Assembly (NCBI RefSeq): GCF_006345805.1
Contig: NC_042997.1
Location: 79,422,001-79,486,000 of the forward strand
DNA length: 64,000 bases
Direction of reading: 5' to 3'
Origin: Octopus sinensis
Taxonomy: Eukaryota
Below, in pieces: positions 54,609 to 64,000 of the stretch. The notes beneath the pieces were generated by a model, which was given only the letters and a program-made list of their open reading frames with translations, did not search any database and was not told the DNA's origin. The stretch's first letter is position 1; every line of letters begins with the position of its first letter. The position numbers and the translations under genes are program-made.

Positions 54609-55231
54609 TTAATGTAGGATAAAATGATTTAAAAAAAAATTTTATCAATGAGCAGCATATTAAAAAAATACACCTTTAAAGGTTAAAATTATACACAACT
54701 TATAAATAAGGGCAAACGAAAAAATTTCTTATGCCAAATATGTCGAAATTGGACATATTGTCCATAACCATATAATTTTTCACAATACGCACGCTACTCG
54801 AAAAAAGGTCGACAGAAATTTCTACAAAAAAGCCCTTTCAAGAACGTGCGATTTGAACTGAGGCTCTCAGAGAGAGAGAGTCCGGAAGTGAACACTATCA
54901 AATTTATATTGAATGGGCTGGAGTATTTCTAGTTTGGATGTATTTGGGGTACTTAGTTGTGCTCATGACTTAGTGTTTTGCTTCTTCTATGGGTATGAGT
55001 AAGTATTTCATTTATTTCTTTTGCCACATTTATCACTGACGGAGGGAGGGTTCTTATGAACTAACTCTGAAATCGGTCCGATATGGTAATAATGTTTTCT
55101 TTTTAGAAATTTTTGTCGACCTTTTTTCGAGTAGCGTGTGTATTGTGAAAAATTATATGGTTATGGACAATATGTCCAATTTCGACATATTTGGCATTAG
55201 AATTTTTTTCGTTTGCCCTTATTTATAAGTT
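54608..55231 (+). mobile_element. PLE pLTR foldback with HHR (55030-55089)
   Basis: ~128-bp IR 54697-54824 / 55104-55231. ttatca-CTGACGG-stem II-GAAAT-cggtccg-ATA^tggtaa, flanked by (TA)n. Confidence 0.75.
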
Positions 55232-55246
55232 ATTATATATATATAA

Positions 55247-58200
55247 CCTGGCTTCAACCTGACCTGGCTTCATCAAACCCAAGCCCGCAGGTGGGACTAC
55301 CCACTATATACCAGACCACCACCACAGCAAACAGACCCAGGATGGACACCACCGGCAACAACGTACACCTCACCTCGATGCTCCTACTGAACATCAGAGG
55401 ACTGCAAACACTCAGTAACAGGATAAAAATCCCGTTCCTGAGAGATTTTGTTGCATGCAATCAAGCCTTATGCATAGCACTAACGGAAACGCACCTGAAC
55501 CGGATATAGCAGATGCGGAGTTACACATACCACAGTATGCTGTACTACGGACCGACAGGAAAGAAAGGAGTCATGGAGGAGGTGTTGCTATGTACATCCG
55601 TGAGGACCTCACACCCCAGGTCCTCTTGTCATACTCAAACTCGGTGTGTGACACACTAATTGTACATATTAGGCAAATTGATGTAGTTGTGTGTGCTACA
55701 TATCGCCCTCCAGATGCCCCAAGCCATGTGGGCAAGTTTGAAGACTGCCTTATAAAAATAGAAGAAGTTCTAACCACATTAGAACAACACATAAGTGTAC
55801 TTCTTATGGGAGACTTCAATCTGCCAAATGTCAGATGGCCCGAGGGCCTTTCTCTCCCAGGAATGACAAGATGTGAACGAGGACAGGCGAGGTCCCTCCT
55901 GAACCTCATCAACACCCTGTACATGGAGCAGGTAATACTCCAACCAACCAGGGCAGGTAACACACTGGATCTCTGCTTCACAAATGACATGGATCTCATC
56001 CATAATGTGAAAGTGACACCGACACTACTCTCGGATCACAACATGATAGAGCTGACCATGTACGGGCCAAAAGAGAGCACGGACATGCAGCCTACAAGAA
56101 ACCCCCAGAATCTTTCCAGCTTGAACTACCATAAGGCAAACTGGAAACAAATTGAGAAAGAGATCCTCAAACAAAACTGGCCTAAATGTCTCTCCTCGCC
56201 AGACATCGACGTGAAACTTCAACAATTCATGTCTGTAATGCAAGCCATATGCTACAATATGTCCCAGAGAGAAAGGCCACTGTACACAAGAACAAAATCC
56301 CCAGAGAGAGGAAAATTCTAATGAGACGGCGTACAAAATTTTCAAATCGTCAAACAACTAAACAAACAGATTGAAAGCAGTGAAAAGTCCCGCCTAAAAA
56401 TAAAGCTGTTGGAAATCGAAAAATGTCTGAAACTCTCCCATGAAAAGGAAAGAGCAGACAAAGAAGCCTGGGCTATAGACAACATAAATCTAACCCCAGA
56501 GCTTTCTACAGGTATGCCAAAGAAACAGCTACGGTGCACTGTAGAATAGGGCCACTCCTCGAAAAGGATGGCACACTTACAGGAAAACCAATGAGGGTAA
56601 GTGAAATACTGAATGAGCAATTCAAGAGTGTTTTCACTCCACCCCTTGGGCATCTCCAAATCACCAATCCAACTGACTTTTTTACCACTGCAGATATAAA
56701 ATCAGAGGCGGCGGACGACGATAGATTACATCGATATAAAGGAAGACGATGTAATCAAGGCTATAGATGAAATGAAAACAGACTCAGCTACTGGCCCCGA
56801 TGGATTCCCGGCAATCCTCCTAAAAGCATGTAAGAGAGTCCTAGCAAGACCACTGCAGTTCCTCTTTCAGAGCTTCCTTGCAGCTGGCAAACTTCCAAGA
56901 AAACTGAAGGAAGGTAAAATATGCCCCATTCATAAAGGAGGTAGCAGAGCGGAAGCCAAGAACTATAGACCTATCTCTCTGACCTCACACATCAGCAAGG
57001 TCATGGAACGAATAGTCAGAAGGAAGCTGATCACCTTCCTTGAAGAGAATGACTTGCTGCCCGACACCAACATGGTTTCCGACCAGGGAGAAGCTGTTTA
57101 ACTCAGCTCCTACAACACTATGAATGGGTGCTGAAACGGCTGCTCAACCACTCAAATGTGGAAGTGATATATCTCGACTTTGCAAAGGCCTTTGATAAAG
57201 TCGATCATGGAATGATATGTCACAAACTGCGTGATCTCAACATAGTTGGAAAACTGGGAGAATGGCTTCATGACTTTCTGAAAGATAGAAGTCAGGTGGT
57301 AGTGGCCAATGGGGCCACTTCCATTAACACGCAAATAGTGAGCGGTGTTCCGCAGGGCACTGTTCTGGGACCACTACTGTTCATAATGGCCCTCTCAGAC
57401 ATGCCCTCAGCCACGCAGAGAGCCACGATCACAAGTTATGCAGATGATACAAAAGTTTCACAGGCAATACAGAACCCTGAGGACACAAAACACCTGCAAT
57501 GTGAGCTAGACAAAATATACAAGTGGGCCGAAAAGTATAGCATGCAGTTCAATGCTGAAAAGTTTCAAGTTCTATACTATCAGCATGCAAAACTAAATGC
57601 AATACCCAATGAATACACTGGACCCGGAGGAATAGCAATCCCAGAGGCACAATCAGTGCATGACCTAGGTATTTACATGAGTGATGACGCGACCTTTCGT
57701 GTACATGTTGCTAAATTGGCAATGAAATGTAGACGACTGGCCGGATGGATCCTCAGAACCTTTAGAACAAGAGAACAAGAAACCATGATGGTCTTCTGGA
57801 GGACACTTGTCCTAAGCCACTTTGACTACTGCTCTCAGTTATGGTCACCATCCAGTGTCAAGTTGATCACAGAGCTCGAGGCGATCCAACGTAGCTACAC
57901 GAAGAAGATAGCCTCTATGCAGAATGTAAGCTACTGGGAAAGACTCAAGAAATTAAAATATATTCCCTGGAGCGTAGGCGGGAAAGATATGCCATAATAT
58001 ACATCTGGAAGATCCTGGAGGGAAGTGTCCTGAACTTTGGCATCGAGAGTGACGCAAATGCCAGAACTGGGCGCCACTGCGTGGTGCCTAGGACTCCAAA
58101 CTTGCCATCAAGATGTAGGACAAGATTCTGTGATAGCCTGGGCTTCCGAGGCCACAGCTCTTCAATATCCTCCCGAAGAACCTGAGAGACCTGCATGGGG

Positions 58201-58415
58201 TGGATACAGATGTCTTTAAACTGAAGCTGGATCTCTTCCTGTCAGGTGTCCCAGATGAACCAACTTCACGGCAGGAGGGGCAGATGAGGGCAGCTGCATC
58301 GAACTCTCTCATGCACCAAATAGCAGTTGCTAGAAAGCCTCCATGAAGTGAAAGCAAGTAGCAACACCAAATGGCGGTGCCCCAGCATGGCCACAGCTCA
58401 TAAGCTGAAACTGGA
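55247..58415 (+). mobile_element. CR1-type LINE (APE + RT ORF2 ~55342-58346), near-intact
   Basis: LLNIRGL, ALTETHL, RTDR..GGGVAMY, YRPP, GDFN, LDLCFT, SDH; NYRPISLTS, YLDFAKAFDKVDH, GVPQGTVLGPLLF, YADDTK; broken mainly by single-base frameshifts. Confidence 0.95.
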
Positions 58416-58559
58416 AAAATCAGAAAAATCAATCAAAATCAAAAAAATCATATAAAACTTATTATTATTGATTATATATATGTATATATATACATACATA
58501 TGCACACGCACACACACGTACGCACACGCACGTACACACACACACATGCACACAAACAT

Positions 58560-60010
58560 GAATGGGACACAGTGTAGACAACATGTCTCCGGCATTAGGC
58601 AACATACTGAGAGAAAACAACAACCGATCACAGGAGGAGTGCAGCAACGGTAATTGTTTTTACACTCCCGTCTATAAATATCAACTGTGGTTTTCCAACC
58701 GAATAAAAAGATCAAAATTCTCAACCTGAGAAATCTTGTCACATGTAATCAAGCTACATGCATAGAGCTAACAGAAAATATATCTGATGCAGAATTTTAT
58801 CTATAAAATTGTTTCTCCTTTTCTGAGATTGAAAGAAATGATGAAGTGTGAAGTGGGTCTACGAAGATATCAAACCTAGTGTGTCGTACACTCGTGGCGC
58901 ATATAAAGCAACTCAGTATAGTTATATGCATAGCATATCGTCTTCTAAATCATGGCACAAAATTTGAAGAAAAATTCAACCATTTATTTCAACATTTAGT
59001 GGTTTCAGTTTTTCTGAATTTAGATAGTCAAAGGACCACATTCTGTCAGAAATATCAAGCAGAATCGCAAAAGAAGTATCTGTTTGACCTCACAGATGTG
59101 CTGTTCACGAAGCAAATGATCTGCCGCTCAACCAGAGGCAATAACACACCTGATATTTGCTTCACAGAGTGGAAACCATTCGCAATATAATGGTGACTCA
59201 TACAAACCTCTTTGATCATAACATTGCGAAACTAACCATATAGCACTCAAAGGTACACGTTGTTCGAGATTCTATCAAAGGCATACCAATACTAGCAAGG
59301 CTGAAAAAGAAATCACTATAATAAACTGGCATCGGACCCCGAGTATGCAAGATCACGACAAAAAACTGAAATAATCTTCAGATTTTGGCACAAGACCAGT
59401 AATGTTTGGGTACTCAACTGCTACTTATTTTATCGGCCTTGAAAGCATAAAAGGCAAAGTCGACCTCGGCGGAATTTGAACTGAGAACACAGAGTGCTGT
59501 AAAAATTGCGTCTAAGCACTTTGTTTGACGCGCTAATGACTCAGCCAGCTCATTGTCAAATTTATGATAATAATGCAAACTCTTAGCATTAAACATTCCA
59601 ATTAGAACTTTCATCTGTGTTTAAACAACACAGAAACAAGAAAATTCTCATGAAACGAAGAAAAAGCCTCTCAAGAGGTTTGAATAAACAAATAGCTGGA
59701 AAAGAAAGAAACCAGTTGATCTGTTGTTTTTAGACACTGAAAATAAAATATAATACTCTCATGTAAAGGAGAGAAGAACGAAGGAAATTTAGTCTGTAGG
59801 TAATACAAAAACCAACCCAACAGTTTTCTACAGTTTCACATAAAAGTTGCGGTACATCACAAAATTTAACTATTGTTTGAAGGAAGTGAACCACTGAGAA
59901 CCATCACAAGGTGAGCAAATATCTAAATGAACAAATCAACAGTATGATCACCACCTCGCTGGCAAAAAAAAAAAAAAATAAATAAATAAATAAATAGCTA
60001 ACCCAATAGT
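58560..60010 (+). mobile_element. Older degraded copy of the same CR1-type LINE, with family B SINE inserted
   Basis: 58715-58800 parallels 55425-55520; STRGNNTPDICFT parallels PTRAGNTLDLCFT. Confidence 0.7.
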
Positions 60011-60090
60011 TTTTCAGCACTACGGCCTTACACAGAGAAGTTACCGATTATTGCCCTTGCAAAATACCAGAAATTCCTGTGCATGAGGGT

Positions 60091-60200
60091 ATTACACCCG
60101 CGTCGGCTTCACTCGTATTTGCGCCCGCGGTTTCTATGCTCGCTGCAATACCCTCCTACTCGACCGGGCATCGGAACGCTGCATCGCTGCGATTGCTGTC
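60091..60200 (-). pseudogene. Degenerate 28S rRNA fragment
   Basis: Minus strand CGAGTAGGAGGGtattgcagcGAGCatagaaaccgcGGGCGCaaatacgaGTGaAGCCGaCGCgGGTG resembles conserved 28S GAGTAGGAGGG...GGGCG...GTGGAGCCGCCGCAGGTG as recalled from memory. Confidence 0.55.
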
Positions 60201-60810
60201 TAAAATTGTAGATCCAATAAGGTTTGCGCAGCACCTTATAAATCCTCTCCGCCCTACTAACATGATTCAGAGGCAAACCAGGACAAGATATCCAGTGCCA
60301 ATAGGGGTTGCAGGCCCAGGAATGAGCACAAGTGAAAGAACCCCAAAATGTTCAATGTCATTCCCTGCATATCAGGGTGACCGTCTCCTAGAAACTTTAA
60401 CAAAGGCTGAAGGGTGCCTCACTCCCAGTGGTCTCCCAGCGCGCAGGACACCAACCCGAAATTTCTGAGGGCTCGTGCTATTGTTAGATAGTCGTTGAAC
60501 CTACACTAGGTTCATTCGTCCTTTTGTCAGGTCACTTGTGAGCTCTTTCATGAGTGTTTCAAGTAACACGAAATCTAGTACAACCTGTTGTATGGTCACC
60601 GGTGACTAAACCGGCACCTTTACTAAGCTTGACTGGTGGTGAGGATTGCTAGAAACCCAGCAGGACATACATACACACAACTTGCATCGATGCACATGCA
60701 GGTAACTATCATATATACATTGCAGAACAGTTAGTTTAACGAGTTACATATATCTATCTCCCGAAGAGACACATTTGCACCGTCGGATGCTCCTGAACCA
60801 GTTGTTAAGT

Positions 60811-60862
60811 ATCCCACCCGTGAGGCCCCGATACTAGATGGGTCGAAACAATTGCAGTGATT
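60811..60862 (+). ncRNA. Degenerate hammerhead-like motif
   Basis: cac-CCGTGA-ggccc..gggtc-GAAAC-aatt-GCA^gtg, core has a deletion. Confidence 0.4.
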
Positions 60863-60972
60863 AATAAAATTTATCGTATCTTCCATCTTCCGTCTCTCAT
60901 TTACCAAATACACACACATACGCACGCACTCACACACACATATAGAGAAACACATACATGCGTATATACGTA

Positions 60973-61025
<53 letters not shown>

Positions 61026-61026
<1 letters not shown>

Positions 61027-61820
61027 TAGCAGCATAGCCCGGCGTTACCCGGGTATGTTGCCCCTAGTAGGCAACGACTAATCCCAATCTACTCCTTTCC
61101 CTCTAGGGAACGAAGGCGCATGTGTAGGTTGCAATGTCTTCTCTTCACTCCCAAATAACTATCAAACAGCTATCGATAATTCAACCCAACCAATTCCTAC
61201 CAGGAAGAAATTACATTCGCGACTTTACCCCCACTTCTGCTAATAGCTGCTGCAGCCGCAAGTTATTCAAATACTTTTTTTGTTTACACTTTCTTTATAA
61301 CTACCACCCCAAACGTTTTACCTTAAATTTTTGACGCACCCTAAGGGTCCTCGGACGCTACTTGCAAACTTTTGGTTTATTATAAACCGCTTTTGTCGTG
61401 TGCACCAAAAAACCTTTTCCATTCGTTTGTTCAGTTTGGTCACTTTTGACTTTTTCGTTGTTGTCACTCACGTTGCTGCCCGCTTTTTTGCCGTTTTTAT
61501 ACATTTTTATACATTTTGGGATACTTACCCCACGTGTTCCGAGAGTTAAAAAGGTCGAGTTGCGTCCCCTAGACAGTCTGTAGAAAACGTGTTGCATATA
61601 AAAAGCTTAGATTCTCGACCCATGTGGAATTTATCGATTTTGTTTCAGAACTGGGGGAACTTTTCAAAATTTTCGCTGCGTTAGTTTTGAATTATGACAT
61701 TGGGCTATGTGTGTGTCAAGTTTCATCAGAGTCGGTTGAAAGCCGTGGTCAGGATGAGGGTACAACCTGACAGACACACAGACACACAGACAGACAAACT
61801 GCCGTTTATATATAGAGAGA
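61026..61820 (-). mobile_element. Complete non-autonomous Helitron (~795 bp)
   Basis: Minus strand A|TCTCTCTATATATAAAC..GTCTGTCTGTGTG 5' end, 3' CCCGGGTAACGCCGGG hairpin + CTAG|T, no TSD. Confidence 0.9.
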
Positions 61821-62219
61821 TGTATATATATAAAATATATGATATGTGTGTGTAAATAGATAAATGATAGATACATACACATATACACATACGCACGTTT
61901 ATGTATGTTTACATCAATGAAGTTATTAGGTGTCACAGTTGTTAAAACCTGCATTTCAGTGTGTAACTCCTCAATTCAACAGACCTTTAACACAAAGCTT
62001 ACAAAATACCAATTCATTTATATATCTCCTGCTCACAGTAAAGTATTCACGAGAAGTACACGATACTCATGTTACCATTTTCCCTGCTTTACAAGCAACC
62101 TTACAAGCAACAATATTACTCATTGTGTCCCACCTACTTTTACTGGAAACAGAAAAGCAGACTTTCGAAAATAGGTGTTTGAATTTCTCGTCTTTGTCTC
62201 TCCCCTCCCCTCCATCTCA

Positions 62220-62252
<33 letters not shown>

Positions 62253-62441
62253 ACACACACACGTGCACATACACACATGCACAATCACACACACACACAC
62301 ATACACACACACACATTCATCATGCGTTTGGAACAGCAACAACCTCAAACATGATTTTTTTCTTTTTTGTAATTTTCTGCAATTTTAACTTATTCTACAT
62401 TCTGAAACATGTAACTCACATTAAAAGAAAAAGACTCTTAC

Positions 62442-62537
62442 CTCACCCTTCACCCATTCATTGTACACAATGAAGGAAAAGTCAAACACCACAAGTGGAT
62501 GTGTGAAATACGAAATTTGAATTTTGAAAACGTGTAT
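62442..62537 (-). other. Weak candidate 96-nt internal exon of an unknown host gene
   Basis: tttatag|ATACAC...GGTGAG|gtaaga, open frame IHVFKIQISYFTHPLVVFDFSFIVYNEWVKGE; no homology recognised. Confidence 0.2.
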
Positions 62538-62599
62538 CTATAAAGCGATATTTTCAGTCATTTATTTATTGGTTTTGAGATTTAAATTTATTAATTTTC

Positions 62600-62677
62600 A
62601 AAGATTTTAATTCTTGTGTATAAGGGGTCCACCGAACTTGAAGTACCTCGGGATCCCCATGGCTTAAATCCTGCCCT
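62600..62677 (-). mobile_element. Possible hAT-type MITE terminus
   Basis: Minus strand begins CAGGGCAGGATTTAAG, resembling hAT TIRs. Confidence 0.3.
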
Positions 62678-62703
62678 GTACAAATACATCCACCCTGCAT
62701 ATA

Positions 62704-64000
62704 CACTGACATGACAGAAGTAAATAGACACCCCATAAAACACTGTTTTATGGTTGTAAAAGTTAAAATTTTTTTTATTAATTGACATTTTTATATTTCA
62801 GGTTCTATATGTGACTGTTTAATCATGCCATGTACAAAAAAAGCTTTGGAACTGTCTGAATTTCAAAGAGGCCGTATTGTGGGTCATTCTGAAGAAGGAC
62901 ATCGTCAGCATAAAATCACAGAAAACCTTGGGATCTCGCTTTCTACAGTTAATAGAGTGATTGTGCAATTCACCAGTGAGGAGAAGGAATCCATATCACA
63001 TTGCCCAGGTCAATCAGGGTCTTCTGAGAGTACCCTTCTCTTTGCTTAGAGAAGTGTGGAGGATAATCCTCGTTGAAAGGCTTCTGACATAGCAGAACAA
63101 GTTGATGTCAGTCTCAGAAGAGCTGTCAGGTATCTCCACAAATTTGGTTACTATGGTAGAGCAAGAAGGAAGCCACTTCGACCAGCCAACATCAAGCAGA
63201 GAAAAGATTGGGCCAGTGAGATGGTGGAGAGGCCACTAGCATTTTAGGACACTGTAATATTCTCTGATGAATCTAGATCAACCAGGGACCTCTGACAGGA
63301 TCCTTCGCTTTGTTAAGAGTGCGGAGGATAATTCTCACTGCAAGGCCTTTGAAATAGCAGAACAAGTTGATGTCAGTCCCAGAACTGCCGTCACATATCG
63401 CCACAATCTTGGCTAATACGGCAGAATAGCAAGAAGGAAGCCACTTCAATGACAAGTCAATTTCAAATGGGTCAGCGAGATGGTGGAGCAGGGCCACTAG
63501 CATTTTAGGACACTGTCATATTCTCTGATGAGTCCAGATCTGCTGTATTTCCTGATAGTAGTCGAGTGTGGTTCTGGTGACTCTGAGATCAAGAATTTGA
63601 TGTGAAAAGATTGCAGCCAACAGTGAAACACAACAGCCATTCTGCGATGGTCTGGGGAGTAATTTGGAGTGTGAGTGAAACATAAACTCAGATAAATATG
63701 GGTTCATATTGCAGAAAGGACTCCTTCCAATCTTCTCCAGTGGTGAAAGGATTAAAGAAGACTATTTATGGAAGATGGGGTTCCTTGTCACACGGCTGAA
63801 AGGACCTAAGATTTGTTGGAAGAGAATGACATTAAAAAGCTTCCATGAGAGAGCCAGTTACCAGATATGAACCCTCAGGGGCATAACGGACAGGACACTT
63901 CATAAAAAGAACAAGAAAACATCTTCAAAGCCAAATCTTTTGAGATTACTGCATGAAACTTTGTAAGAAATTGCGCAAGAGAATATTCGTCATCTGATCA
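62704..64000 (+). mobile_element. Tc1-type transposon, degraded, with internal duplication
   Basis: TA|[42 protein letters not shown] twice, MEDGVPCHTA, SQLPDMNP. Confidence 0.9.

Overview
AT-rich, microsatellite-saturated, repeat-dominated eukaryotic DNA. The SINE families and the (TA)n/(CA)n/(CATA)n density point to an octopus/cephalopod genome (inference). No host gene can be firmly supported; only two weak exon candidates were seen. The window is a nest of mobile elements. These include Helitrons (RepHel remnants and non-autonomous TC...hairpin-CTAG elements), Penelope-like elements (a near full-length Naiad-type copy at ~26.7-31.7 kb and Neptune-type remnants), R4/Dong-like and HERO-like RLE LINEs, a near-intact CR1-type LINE whose 3' tail is shared with the dominant SINE, three tRNA-derived SINE families, and Tc1/mariner remnants. 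The most striking signal, invisible in the ORF track, is about 16 hammerhead-ribozyme (HHR) motifs folded by eye. Most are type I with palindromic loop 3, and many sit in short non-coding units inserted in (TA)n. They include a 517-bp tandem HHR dimer and a 342-nt repeat whose 5' boundary falls at the predicted cleavage site (retrozyme-like / non-autonomous Penelope derivatives). Nearly all long ORFs in the track made of YI/HT/CV runs are microsatellite artefacts. Element boundaries are approximate and no folding or database search was run.
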